This document shows, in pieces, positions 45,200 to 55,064 of a stretch of DNA of 64,000 nucleotides (position 1 is its first letter; the number at the start of each line of letters is the position of its first letter). Source of the stretch: Pelagibacteraceae bacterium (GTDB lineage: Bacteria; Pseudomonadota; Alphaproteobacteria; Pelagibacterales; Pelagibacteraceae); contig JAGYIF010000004.1 of NCBI GenBank assembly GCA_018402735.1, positions 37,669 to 101,668 of the forward strand, written 5' to 3'. Under the pieces are notes generated by a model that was not told where the DNA came from, made no database searches, and was given only the letters and a program-made list of their open reading frames with translations. The translations under genes and the position numbers were made by a program.

Positions 45200-45676
45200 A
45201 TGAAAAAACAAAATATTAATATTGGTATAAGCGAAGAGCACAGAACAGTTATTGCTCATGGATTGTCTAAAGTATTAGCAGATAGTTACACATTATATTT
45301 AATGACACATAACTTTCATTGGAATGTAACCGGACCCATGTTTAATACTTTGCATCAGATGTTTATGGCGCAGTACACAGAACAATGGAGCGCGCTTGAT
45401 TTAATTGCGGAGCGAATTCGTGCTCTAGGTTTTCCGGCACCAGGTACTTATAAAGAGTATATAAAATTATCCTCCGTACAAGAAGTGGAGGGAACACCCG
45501 AAGCTTTAGATATGGTTCGTTTATTAGTAGACGCTCAAGAAGCAACCGCTCGAACCGCCAGAAGTTTGTTACCAATATTAGAAAAAGCAGGGGATGAACC
45601 TACCTCGGATCTAATTACCCAACGTTTAGACATTCATGAAAAAACTGCCTGGATGTTACGTTCCATTCTAGAATAA
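45200..45676 (+). CDS. dps: Dps DNA-protection / ferritin-like protein
   Basis: [21 protein letters not shown] and HEKTAWML motifs; ATG 45200 preferred. Confidence 0.95.
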   Translation: MKKQNINIGISEEHRTVIAHGLSKVLADSYTLYLMTHNFHWNVTGPMFNTLHQMFMAQYTEQWSALDLIAERIRALGFPAPGTYKEYIKLSSVQEVEGTPEALDMVRLLVDAQEATARTARSLLPILEKAGDEPTSDLITQRLDIHEKTAWMLRSILE

Positions 45677-45684
45677 ATAAGGAG

Positions 45685-46761
45685 ATGGGTGTGGCAAAAA
45701 TATTTATTACTTCTTTTATAACTTTTTTCTTCTACTCCTTTGTTTCTTTTGCAACTATTCAATTTACTAAATTAACAGATCAGCTGCAGTCTCCATGGTC
45801 ACTAACTAGTTTAGGAAAAGATCGGTACGTTATTACCGAAAAATCAGGAAAATTTATTTTATTCGATAAAGTAAATAATCGTAAAACGAACATTGAGCAT
45901 AATTTAAATATTTTAGAAGATGGTCAAGGTGGACTAATGGATGTTTTGTATCATGATAACTATCTTTATGTTTCTTATTCTAAAAATAGAGGTGGCGGCA
46001 CTTCTAGTACTTCTGCGGCGCGAGCTGTTTTTAACGAACAGAAATTAATCTTTAATAATTTATTTCAGGCTGAACCACCAATTGCTAGTGGATATCATTT
46101 TGGTTCACGTCTGGTAATACAAGATACATATTTATTTATTTCTGCAGGTGAGAGAGCAGGAAATAGTATTGGCCAAGATCCAAAGGCTCATCCTGGAAGC
46201 ATTATTCGAATTCATTTAGATGGTAGCATTCCTCAAGATAATCCAAAATTTACCAGTCAACCAACCTGGTTACCGGAATTATATCAAATCGGCGTTCGCA
46301 ATGTTCAAGGTATGGCTTTATCGCCATTTGATAACGAGGTGTATATGACTAATCATGGAGCACGCGGCGGAGATTGGTTTGGCAAAGTATATTACGCTGG
46401 TAATTATGGTTGGGATACTTTGTATTGGGGCGGTACTAAGTATTCAGGTTTAACCGGCGGACCACAATGGTTACCTGGTTTTGATAAGCCAATTACTTAT
46501 TATGTACCATCGATTGCGCCATCGGCTTGTTTAATTTATCAAGGACAAGAATTTCCAGAATGGAATGGTCATGCTCTGATTGGGTCTTTGCGCGAACAAT
46601 CATTACGAAAATTAATATTTAAAGATAATGCGCTAATCAGTGAAGAGATTATTTTTGAGAAAAAAATAGGGCGAATTCGTGATGTTAAATTAGATGAAAG
46701 TGGAAAAATATTGTTACTGACTGATCAAGGAATGTTGTGGTCATTAAGTCGTCAAAAATAG
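45685..46761 (+). CDS. PQQ-dependent sugar dehydrogenase family protein (GSDH/YliI-like)
   Basis: GQGGLMDV, HFGSRL, IGVRNVQG, NYGW, PSIAPS and GRIRDV motifs. Confidence 0.88.
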   Translation: MGVAKIFITSFITFFFYSFVSFATIQFTKLTDQLQSPWSLTSLGKDRYVITEKSGKFILFDKVNNRKTNIEHNLNILEDGQGGLMDVLYHDNYLYVSYSKNRGGGTSSTSAARAVFNEQKLIFNNLFQAEPPIASGYHFGSRLVIQDTYLFISAGERAGNSIGQDPKAHPGSIIRIHLDGSIPQDNPKFTSQPTWLPELYQIGVRNVQGMALSPFDNEVYMTNHGARGGDWFGKVYYAGNYGWDTLYWGGTKYSGLTGGPQWLPGFDKPITYYVPSIAPSACLIYQGQEFPEWNGHALIGSLREQSLRKLIFKDNALISEEIIFEKKIGRIRDVKLDESGKILLLTDQGMLWSLSRQK

Positions 46762-46763
46762 AA

Positions 46764-47837
46764 TTAAAAACAAACTAAGTGGTCAATAAAGATAGGTTGC
46801 TTGATTCCAAATTTTTCCTGTTCAGCATGCAGGTGTTCATGATGAGAGTGAACAAACACCGGTAATTGTAAAGTCGAAGGAGTTTGCAATGTATAAATTA
46901 AATTTGTTCCTCTAAATTTTTTATCAACTACTTCAAATTTTAAAGTACTAGAATCATCGTGCTCCAAATCTTCAGGCTGAATTAATAAATTAACTTGCTC
47001 ACCTTTTTCGTATTTTTTTACCAGTTTCCCTTTAATCTCGCCCAGATCTTTATTGAACAGAGTATCATCAGAGACTACTTCGACAGGAATGAGCACGCCG
47101 CGGTTAAAAAACTCCACCACCTCTTTGCTATTGGGAATGTGATGAATATTGTATGGGCTATCAAACTGGACAATTCCGCCCTGTAATAAAATTCCACAAT
47201 AGTCCGATAAATAAAACGCTTCATATTTATCATGGGTGACTAAAATTGTAGTAATACCGGTTGATTTTAATATTTCTTTTAAGTTTTTTTGCGTCTTATC
47301 TTTTAAATTTTGATCTAAATTTGCAAAGGGTTCATCAAGCAAAAGTAAATCAGGATTATGAATAATCGAACGAACTAATCCTACTCGTTGAGCTTGACCA
47401 GTACTGATTTCGTGTGGATATTTATTTTTTAATTCTGGTACAAAAAACAATTCCAACAAATCTTCCATCGAATATTTCAAAGGACCATTTTTATTCTTTG
47501 AACAAAACAAAGATTTTTGAATACCAAAGCGTATATTTTCTTCTACTGTATAATGGGGAAACAAAGCATTATCTTGAAAACTTAAAGCAATATTTCGTTC
47601 TTCAGGATCAATGTAGGTATGGGCATCATGTAGTATTTTATTTTTTAACAGAATAGTTCCCTGATCAATTTTACGAACTCCTGAAATACACTTTAAAATT
47701 GTCGTTTTGCCAATACCTGAGGGACCCAAAATAGACACCGTATCGCCCTGGCGAGGTATAATGAATGAAACATTAGTTAAAATATGTTCATTATTTTTGG
47801 AGTAGGAGACATTGTTGAATTCAAAATAATGAGCCAT
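46764..47837 (-). CDS. fbpC: Fe3+ ABC transporter ATP-binding protein
   Basis: GPSGIGKT, ISTGQAQR and LLLDEPF motifs; TOBE-like C-terminus; same operon as fbpAB. Confidence 0.88.
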   Translation of the reverse strand: MAHYFEFNNVSYSKNNEHILTNVSFIIPRQGDTVSILGPSGIGKTTILKCISGVRKIDQGTILLKNKILHDAHTYIDPEERNIALSFQDNALFPHYTVEENIRFGIQKSLFCSKNKNGPLKYSMEDLLELFFVPELKNKYPHEISTGQAQRVGLVRSIIHNPDLLLLDEPFANLDQNLKDKTQKNLKEILKSTGITTILVTHDKYEAFYLSDYCGILLQGGIVQFDSPYNIHHIPNSKEVVEFFNRGVLIPVEVVSDDTLFNKDLGEIKGKLVKKYEKGEQVNLLIQPEDLEHDDSSTLKFEVVDKKFRGTNLIYTLQTPSTLQLPVFVHSHHEHLHAEQEKFGIKQPIFIDHLVCF

Positions 47838-49445
47838 TTAAAAACCTTTAAGAATATATTTTTTAGATAATAAAATAAAAATAGCAGAAAAAATAATTAA
47901 AAATAAACTAGGCCCAGCCGCATGTTCTAGCATATCTTGGGAGGCAAAGGTATAAGCTTGGGTTGCAAAGGTTTCAAAATTAAATGGTCGTAAGATAAGA
48001 GTGATGGGAAGTTCTTTTAAAATATCAATAGCAACTAACATAGCAATCAGTAACAAATTAGGTTGTAGAAATGGTAAATGAATTTTAATAAAAGTTCCAA
48101 ACTTAGTATAGCCTAGTAAATAGCTAGCATCATCAAGATTAGTATTTAGTTTTTCATAACCAGATTTAATCCCGTTAATAGCAAGAGAGTAAAAGCGAAC
48201 ACAATAAGCAATAACTAATCCTATAATTGAGCCAGAAAATAAAAAACTAATCCAATTACTATTCGTATACTCGGAGACAAACGATAGAAAACTAAGTAAG
48301 GTTACTGCTAAGATAACACCTGGTATGACGTAACCACTCACAGAAAAATTAGTTACCGCATTTAAAAATTTACTTTTAGATATTCGCATCCCATAGTTTG
48401 TAAAAAAAGCTAATGCAATTAAACATAAAGTGGTTAGGATAACGATGGATACTGTATTAACACTAAGCTCAATTAATTGGGCTAGATTTATATTATCTGG
48501 AAATTGTATAATCCAAAGTAGTATTTGTGAAATGGGAAATAAAAAAGAACAAGTAAATAATAGTAGACAAAAAGCAGATGCATAAGCAGCAGAAGCTCCT
48601 TGTAATTGTATTTTGTTAATTGCTTCATAGCCACGAGTTGGCATATAAAATTTAGATCTACTTCTTGACATTCGCTCTAACCAAAAAAATATTAAAACAA
48701 TCACAATTAGAAAAAAAGACAACTGGTACGCGGTTGCAATATCATCAAATATTATCCAGCTATCATAAATAGCGGTAGTTAAGGTTTGAATATTAAAAAA
48801 AGAAACAGTTCCAAAATCTGAAATTGACTCCATCGCAACTAGGGAAAGGCCCACTACAATCCCCGGACGAGCTGATGGAAAAATAATTTTCTTAAAGGTT
48901 TGGTAATTGCTAAACCCCATAATTTTACCAGCATCAACTAAGTTTTGGGACTGATAAATAAAACTGGCTCTGGTAATTAGATAGACATAGATAAATAAAG
49001 AAAAAGACATGGATAAGATGCTGCCCAGCAAACCATCTACTTTTGGAATTAGCGTGTGATAATCGGATGGTCCAAATAAATAGGTAAGAAATGAATATAA
49101 GTTACCAAAATAGCCAAAAAATGCAGTTAAAGAGTAAGCGTAGATATAACTTGGAACTGCAAAGGATAAAATAAGAGCCCAGGTAAAAAAAGTTGATCCA
49201 GGAAATTGGTAGAAGGAAGTAAGATAAGCAGCACCCACACCGAAGACAAAAGTAAGTATCAACACACCTGTTAAAACCAATAAGGTGTTGGCAATGTAAG
49301 TATATACATAAGTTTCTCTTAATAATTGGTAATAGCCAGACACGTCGTGAAATAAACTTGCGCCGATTACAATCAGCGGGATACAGACAAAGCAAGAAAT
49401 AAGCAGAGAACTGAGAAACCAGTAATTTATTTTAAAAGTATGCAT
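47838..49445 (-). CDS. fbpB: Fe3+ ABC transporter permease
   Basis: Duplicated BPD-transp domains; SDFGTV and KELPITLILRPFNFETFAT motifs. Confidence 0.9.
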   Translation of the reverse strand: MHTFKINYWFLSSLLISCFVCIPLIVIGASLFHDVSGYYQLLRETYVYTYIANTLLVLTGVLILTFVFGVGAAYLTSFYQFPGSTFFTWALILSFAVPSYIYAYSLTAFFGYFGNLYSFLTYLFGPSDYHTLIPKVDGLLGSILSMSFSLFIYVYLITRASFIYQSQNLVDAGKIMGFSNYQTFKKIIFPSARPGIVVGLSLVAMESISDFGTVSFFNIQTLTTAIYDSWIIFDDIATAYQLSFFLIVIVLIFFWLERMSRSRSKFYMPTRGYEAINKIQLQGASAAYASAFCLLLFTCSFLFPISQILLWIIQFPDNINLAQLIELSVNTVSIVILTTLCLIALAFFTNYGMRISKSKFLNAVTNFSVSGYVIPGVILAVTLLSFLSFVSEYTNSNWISFLFSGSIIGLVIAYCVRFYSLAINGIKSGYEKLNTNLDDASYLLGYTKFGTFIKIHLPFLQPNLLLIAMLVAIDILKELPITLILRPFNFETFATQAYTFASQDMLEHAAGPSLFLIIFSAIFILLSKKYILKGF

Positions 49446-49484
49446 GGTTTAATTAGGTGTGAGTATAAAATTGGTATGAACACT

Positions 49485-50501
49485 TTACCGCCAGCCTGCT
49501 TTTTTCATAATTGCTAAAGCTTGTGCCTGATTATTATAATAGGTTGCAACTGAAGTAGTGTCCTGCTTAAAGGACGTTCCAAAAGCAGCCATAATAGTAT
49601 TCGGCATAACTTGATCGATGATTGGATATTCAAATGAAGTATTAACTATATGTTGCTGCGCTTCTGTACTAAGTAAAAATTCTATAAAGCGAATAGCATG
49701 TTCTTTATTCGGGGCATATGCAGTAACACCAGCACCACTTATGTTCATATGAGTGCCTCTATTATTTTGATTAGGAAAAACTAGCTTTACTTTTTTTGCG
49801 GCTGCTTGTTGCTCCGGTCCTTTTTGGCCTGACAACATTAAGGAGAGATAATAAGAATTAGCAATAGCAATATCTGCCTTGCCGGCTGCAACCGCTAAAA
49901 TCTGGTCTCTATCATTACCCTCGGGGGCTCTAGCCATATTTTCAACTAATGCTTTTGCCCATTTAGAAGTTTGTTCTATTCCATTATTTTCAATTAAGGA
50001 GGCAACCCAGGATTTATTGTACGTGCTACTAGAAGAACGGATTACAATCTTTCCTTTGTAATTAGCAGATGCTAAATCTTCATAATTAAGTTGTTTTGCA
50101 ATAGTCTCAGATATTTTTTCTGGATTATAAAATATAATTCTAGCCCGTTTTGAAATGCCATACCAATAATCCGTTCGAAGATAGGCAGGAATTTTTTCTA
50201 TTAATAGAGGAGATGAAACTTTTTGAAAAATTCCCTTGCGTTGAGCTGCACCTAAATTACCAGCATCCACATCTATAAACACATCAGCTTGAGACCTGGT
50301 TCCTTCCGTGACAATTCTTTTTTCCAACGCTTTGGCATCTCCGCTAATCACATTGACTTTAATTCCAGTTTGTTTGGTAAACTTAGCGTAGAGTTCAACG
50401 TCTGAACTGTAGTGTCTTGCAGTAAACACATTAACTTCTGCAGCGTGAACGCTTGCAGTGCTTAAAGCGATAGTAAGCAATAGGATTATTTTTTTTAGCA
50501 T
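49485..50501 (-). CDS. fbpA: Fe3+ ABC transporter substrate-binding protein (FutA/FbpA)
   Basis: Signal peptide, TARHY, tandem Tyr in ANSYY, GTHMNISGA and FEYP motifs. Confidence 0.92.
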   Translation of the reverse strand: MLKKIILLLTIALSTASVHAAEVNVFTARHYSSDVELYAKFTKQTGIKVNVISGDAKALEKRIVTEGTRSQADVFIDVDAGNLGAAQRKGIFQKVSSPLLIEKIPAYLRTDYWYGISKRARIIFYNPEKISETIAKQLNYEDLASANYKGKIVIRSSSSTYNKSWVASLIENNGIEQTSKWAKALVENMARAPEGNDRDQILAVAAGKADIAIANSYYLSLMLSGQKGPEQQAAAKKVKLVFPNQNNRGTHMNISGAGVTAYAPNKEHAIRFIEFLLSTEAQQHIVNTSFEYPIIDQVMPNTIMAAFGTSFKQDTTSVATYYNNQAQALAIMKKAGWR

Positions 50502-50521
50502 GATAATTTGGGTATTAATAA

Positions 50522-50585
50522 CTAGTTGAGAATTATTCTTAACTAGACAGTTATGGTTTATACTATTTGAGAATTATTCGCAAAT
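50522..50585. promoter_or_regulatory. Two Fur/Irr-family palindromes upstream of fbpA
   Basis: ctagttgagaat-t-attcttaactag (50522-50546) and atttgagaat-t-attcgcaaat (50565-50585), one mismatch each. Confidence 0.75.
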
Positions 50586-50735
50586 AATCAGATAACATAT
50601 ATAAATCAAGCTTTTTTCTGTATATAAAGATGTATTAAAATTCAAATAATTGTCAAATTACTTTCATTATAAATGAGTGTTAGATTGAATTAAATAAACA
50701 TACTTTAAAAACAAAATAATTAATAACTAAAGCTT

Positions 50736-51779
50736 ATGATACCGACAAAAACCTACGCAGCCTTAGATCCAAAAAAACCGTTAACCGCATTTACCATCCA
50801 GCGAAGAAAACCGGGAAAGAATGATGTACATATCAAAATTTTATTTTGTGGAATTTGCCATACGGATATTCACCAAGCACGTAATGAATGGGGCCATTCC
50901 ATATTTCCCATGGTTCCAGGGCATGAGATTGTTGGCCAAGTAGTAGCAGCTGGAGCTTCAGTTAAAAAATTTAAAAAGGGAGATTATGTAGGGGTCGGCT
51001 GTATGGTTGATTCATGCGGAACCTGCAAAGATTGTAAAGATCATGTCGAGCAATTTTGTAATACTGTGTCGTACACCTACAACAGCCAAGATCCAAAAAC
51101 GAAAGAAGTAACTTATGGTGGTTATGCAGACTCAATCGTTGTTAATCAAAAATTTGTATTGAGAGTTTCTAAAACAGCAAAGTTAGCAGCAGTTGCTCCT
51201 TTGTTGTGTGCAGGCATTACGACTTATTCTCCACTTAAAAAATGGAAGGTTCAACCAGGACAAAAAGTAGGAGTGGTTGGACTGGGAGGACTTGGTCATA
51301 TGGCGGTTAAAATTGCTAAAGCAATGAAAGCACATGTAGTTGTATTCACGACATCTAACAATAAATCAGCAGATGCAAAAAGACTTGGAGCAAAAGAAGT
51401 AATTATTTCTAACAATGCTAACGAAATGGCAAAGCATGCTTTAAGTTTTGATTTTATTTTAGATACGGTTGCAGCATCTCATGACATTGATCAATATTTA
51501 AACTTATTAAAAAGAGATGGAACCATGTGTTTAGTTGGAGTACCGAATGCTCCGCATCCAGCAGTTAACCCTGGAAACTTAGTATTAAAAAGAAGACAAC
51601 TAGTAGGTTCTTTAATCGGCGGAATTAAAGAAACACAAGAAATGTTAGATTTTTGTGCAAAGCATAAGATTGTCTCTGATATTGAAACTATACCAATAAA
51701 TTATATCAATACGGCCTATGAGCGTATGCTTAAAAGTGATGTGAAGTATCGTTTTGTCATCGATATGCAAACGATTTAG
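50736..51779 (+). CDS. Zn-dependent NAD(P) alcohol dehydrogenase (YahK / cinnamyl-alcohol type)
   Basis: CGICHTD, GHEIVG, structural Zn Cys cluster, CAGITTYSPL and GLGGLGH motifs. Confidence 0.93.
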   Translation: MIPTKTYAALDPKKPLTAFTIQRRKPGKNDVHIKILFCGICHTDIHQARNEWGHSIFPMVPGHEIVGQVVAAGASVKKFKKGDYVGVGCMVDSCGTCKDCKDHVEQFCNTVSYTYNSQDPKTKEVTYGGYADSIVVNQKFVLRVSKTAKLAAVAPLLCAGITTYSPLKKWKVQPGQKVGVVGLGGLGHMAVKIAKAMKAHVVVFTTSNNKSADAKRLGAKEVIISNNANEMAKHALSFDFILDTVAASHDIDQYLNLLKRDGTMCLVGVPNAPHPAVNPGNLVLKRRQLVGSLIGGIKETQEMLDFCAKHKIVSDIETIPINYINTAYERMLKSDVKYRFVIDMQTI

Positions 51780-51838
51780 TTTTATAAAATTTTCAATTAG
51801 TACCAGAAACTATAGCTAAAAAAATTACTAGTTAACTA

Positions 51839-51874
51839 TTGACTAGGTACAAAGTGTTATGTTATAACATAACA
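51839..51874 (+). promoter_or_regulatory. zur promoter with a perfect 20-bp Zur-type palindrome
   Basis: TTGACT(51839)-18-TATAAC(51863); TGTTATGTTA/TAACATAACA at 51855-51874 ends 1 nt before the ATG. Confidence 0.85.
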
Positions 51875-51875
51875 T

Positions 51876-52241
51876 ATGAACAATACTGATATGGTTCTTA
51901 ATATTATTAAGCAATCATCACAACCATTAACTGCTTATGCAATTTTAGAATTGTGTAAAAAAAAGAAAAAAGTTCAGGCAATGACTATTTATAGAGCGTT
52001 GAACAATTTGATGGATAAGGGTGTCATTCATAAATCTAATCAACACAAAACTTTTTTGTTATGCAATCATAATCATAACAAAGCGCATAATCCAGCAATC
52101 GCTATTTGTAAAAAGTGTGGTGATAGTGAGGAACTTAAATCAGAGTTATTTACTAATTTGTTAAAAAAAATTCCTTTAAAAAAGTACTCTTTTTCAAGTT
52201 ATGAAGTAGAAGTTGCAACCGTTTGCAGAGGTTGCGCATAA
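51876..52241 (+). CDS. zur: Fur-family regulator, Zur type
   Basis: PLTAYAIL, TIYRAL, CNHNH, CKKCG and terminal CRGC; Zur-like operator upstream. Confidence 0.85.
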   Translation: MNNTDMVLNIIKQSSQPLTAYAILELCKKKKKVQAMTIYRALNNLMDKGVIHKSNQHKTFLLCNHNHNKAHNPAIAICKKCGDSEELKSELFTNLLKKIPLKKYSFSSYEVEVATVCRGCA

Positions 52242-52630
52242 TGGAGCATACACACCAACTTCCTGAATTTTTGCATTTTGTCCTAGAAATAGATTGGTTA
52301 CGAGGATTTATTTTTGGTTTTGTCCATACCATTATTCCGTTAGTCGGTTTTTATTCTGGCTGGAGTATCAATCGTTTTTTAAAATTTGCATCGAATGGTT
52401 ATGTAGCTGGAATTTTTGGCGTGGTGGTTGCGCATGTTATAGCAGATTTTATTGCATCCGTCCTCGACCCGAATTTGCGGTCAGCTGCTTTCGGTATTGT
52501 CTTAGGAGGGTTAATTCCTTTAGCATTTATTCCTATTCTTGATAAATATATTGTTAAATCCAAACACCACATTGTAGTTGGTGATCACGAAGATATTAAA
52601 AAAGATCTAAAAGACGATCATCAGCATTAA
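52241..52630 (+). CDS. His-rich hypothetical membrane protein (about 3 TM) coupled to zur
   Basis: TAATG stop/start overlap with zur; 129 aa with 10 His; three hydrophobic segments. Confidence 0.75.
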   Translation: MEHTHQLPEFLHFVLEIDWLRGFIFGFVHTIIPLVGFYSGWSINRFLKFASNGYVAGIFGVVVAHVIADFIASVLDPNLRSAAFGIVLGGLIPLAFIPILDKYIVKSKHHIVVGDHEDIKKDLKDDHQH

Positions 52631-52802
52631 TTTAAGTTATCTAGAAAAATTTTTTTTAGAAAAAAATGTCCATATCTTCCATTTAAAATAATCAAAACAC
52701 AAAATATAGTAAAATATACTTTCTGGTTGTATTGCGGTTACATAGCAAGTTCATTCGTGTTAATAATTTAATCAAAAATCAATATATAACGAAAGGAACC
52801 CA

Positions 52803-53753
52803 GTGAAAACACTAAGAGCATTTATTTATTTGTCGATAGCCTTATTAATATCGACTTTTGCTCAGGCAAAAGAAATTAAAATGGCCAAAGCAAATTGGGA
52901 TACAGGATATTTCCAAGCTGAGGTATATAAGTTAGCTTTAGAAAAATTAGGCTATAAAATAAAAAAATTAAAAGCAATCAAACCATCTGTTTTTTACGTA
53001 GCGGCAGCACAAGGTGATCTAGATTTATGGGTCAACGGTTGGTTTTCAGGGCACGACCCTTTTCTTGCTGAAACTAAAGGCAAAGTAAAACCTGTTGGTT
53101 ATGTAATGCCAAAAGGGGGTCTGCAAGGTTATCTGATTGATAAAAAAACTGCAGATCGTCTTAATATAAAGAGCGTATTGGACATTAAAAAGCATGCCAA
53201 AGAATTTGATGCAAATAATGACGGCAAAGCCGATATGGTTGCTTGTCCTCCAGGATGGGGTTGTGAAATACAAATAACTAAACATTTTGCTGAATTAAAT
53301 TTGGGTGAATTTATTAATCCCATACAGGCAGAATATGGAGCGTCTATGGCCGATGCGTTGGCTAGGTATAAAAATGGGGAACCAATTTTATTTTATACTT
53401 GGACACCCAACTGGACCGTTGGAGCCTTTAAATTAGGAACAGACGTGGTTTGGATAGAAGTGCCTTACTCCAAAACAAGTGTAACCACAGTAGCTAATGC
53501 GACTAAAGCATCGATCAACTTAGGATTTGATGCTGATGATATTCGGCCTGCTGCTAATACTGATTTTCTAAAAAAAAATCCAAAGGTAGAAAAGCTTTTA
53601 AAAGCAGCTTCTATCCCTTTAGCTGATGTTGCAGAGCAAAATATGCTTATGAATCAAGGTGAGAAAAGTGAACGAGAAGTGAGGGCGCATGCTAAGGCTT
53701 GGGTTAAAAAAAATCAAAAAACCTTTGATCGTTGGATTGCAGCCGCCCAATAA
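52803..53753 (+). CDS. proX: Glycine betaine/proline ABC substrate-binding protein (ProX/OpuAC family)
   Basis: AAGGA RBS with GTG start, signal peptide, NWDTG, CPPGWGC and FYTWTPNW motifs. Confidence 0.85.
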   Translation: MKTLRAFIYLSIALLISTFAQAKEIKMAKANWDTGYFQAEVYKLALEKLGYKIKKLKAIKPSVFYVAAAQGDLDLWVNGWFSGHDPFLAETKGKVKPVGYVMPKGGLQGYLIDKKTADRLNIKSVLDIKKHAKEFDANNDGKADMVACPPGWGCEIQITKHFAELNLGEFINPIQAEYGASMADALARYKNGEPILFYTWTPNWTVGAFKLGTDVVWIEVPYSKTSVTTVANATKASINLGFDADDIRPAANTDFLKKNPKVEKLLKAASIPLADVAEQNMLMNQGEKSEREVRAHAKAWVKKNQKTFDRWIAAAQ

Positions 53754-53755
53754 TC

Positions 53756-54592
53756 TTGAGTATTTTAAATCCATCGACTTACGCTTACATTCCAGTATCG
53801 GAATGGATAGAAAAATATGTGAAAGAGTGGTTGTTTGAACAGCGACCACTCTTTAAGCAAATCTCTGTTCCAATTGACAATGTACTTAATGGATTAGATT
53901 TTTTGTTTAATTTAGTTCCCCTGCCATTAGTGATATTATTTTTTGTAATAGCAGCCTTAAAAACCAATGGAAAGGGTTTTGCTCTGTTTACTTTTGCAAG
54001 TTTAGTCTTCATTGATCTAGTTGATGTTTGGGAAGAGACCATGACTACCATGGCAATGATTATTACTGCTGTATTATTTTGCTCTCTTATTGGAATTCCT
54101 ATTGGAATTATTGCATCACGAAATAAACTATTTGAAAAAATATTAAGACCAGTACTTGATGTTATGCAAACTATTCCAAGTTTTGTTTATTTAATTCCTG
54201 TAGTAATGTTGTTCGGAATTGGGATTACCCCAGGGGTTATAGCGATTATTATTTTTTCGATTGCACCAGTTATTCGCCTAACCAATTTAGGATTACGGCA
54301 AGTGGAGCAGCGATTTATTAATGCAGCAAAAGCATTGGGTCTTAATAAATGGACTATATTATACAAAATTGAATTACCGCTTGCCCTCAAAACCATCATG
54401 GCAGGTGTTAATCAAACGCTAATGTTATCTTTATCCATGGCCGTGATTGCAGCATTGATTGGTGCGGGCGGACTTGGTCTAACGGTATATGTTGGTTTAG
54501 GTAGATTAGATATTGGGCAGGCTTTTGTTGGTGGAGTAGGCATTGTACTAATTGCAATTATTTTTGATCGAATTTCTCAAAAATTTATTTAG
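53756..54592 (+). CDS. proW: Glycine betaine/proline ABC permease
   Basis: RPVLDVMQTIPSFVYLIP, MAGVNQT and ALIGAGGLG motifs; TTG 53756 just after the proX stop preferred. Confidence 0.9.
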   Translation: MSILNPSTYAYIPVSEWIEKYVKEWLFEQRPLFKQISVPIDNVLNGLDFLFNLVPLPLVILFFVIAALKTNGKGFALFTFASLVFIDLVDVWEETMTTMAMIITAVLFCSLIGIPIGIIASRNKLFEKILRPVLDVMQTIPSFVYLIPVVMLFGIGITPGVIAIIIFSIAPVIRLTNLGLRQVEQRFINAAKALGLNKWTILYKIELPLALKTIMAGVNQTLMLSLSMAVIAALIGAGGLGLTVYVGLGRLDIGQAFVGGVGIVLIAIIFDRISQKFI

Positions 54593-55052
54593 TTCTTAAT
54601 TTAGCTCTATAGTCCCAAGGATATTCAAACATCATAGACCACAAACCAAGTTTATTCTGTTTTGCATATTCTTCATCTTTTATAAATTTGCCCGAGTACT
54701 TTCGGTAGGCAACCGCGTAACCATTTTTTACTAAATATTGGGATAAACTTTCTTTCCCAACAAAACACTCAGCAATTATTCTTCGATAACGATCTAACCC
54801 TTCTTCTTTACATGTAACGTTCTGATTATTAATTTTTCTTTCTAAAGCATCTTTTGCCAGAACGCCGCACAAAATAGTGACATTATCTTGTTGGCAGGTT
54901 TGTTTTATTTCAGGGGCATCAATTGCTGAAAATCTATATTTTTTTTGACCAATATGAATGGTGTCTCCATCAATTATAGCGACAACGGGTTTAGCAAGAG
55001 CTTGACCACTTAAGATAAAGAGACAGCAAAGAAAATAATAAATACCTTGCAT
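54585..55052 (-). CDS. Thermonuclease (SNase) family protein
   Basis: Signal peptide, IIDGDT, IDAPE, DRYRR, LVKNGYA and GLW..PW motifs. Confidence 0.9.
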   Translation of the reverse strand: MQGIYYFLCCLFILSGQALAKPVVAIIDGDTIHIGQKKYRFSAIDAPEIKQTCQQDNVTILCGVLAKDALERKINNQNVTCKEEGLDRYRRIIAECFVGKESLSQYLVKNGYAVAYRKYSGKFIKDEEYAKQNKLGLWSMMFEYPWDYRAKLRTK

Positions 55053-55064
55053 ACTCAGTTAAGC

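Noticed and set aside
52695-52712. NrdR-box-like ACACAAAATATAGT upstream of proX
   Set aside because: Only a partial match, no properly spaced second box, and no nucleotide-reduction gene downstream.
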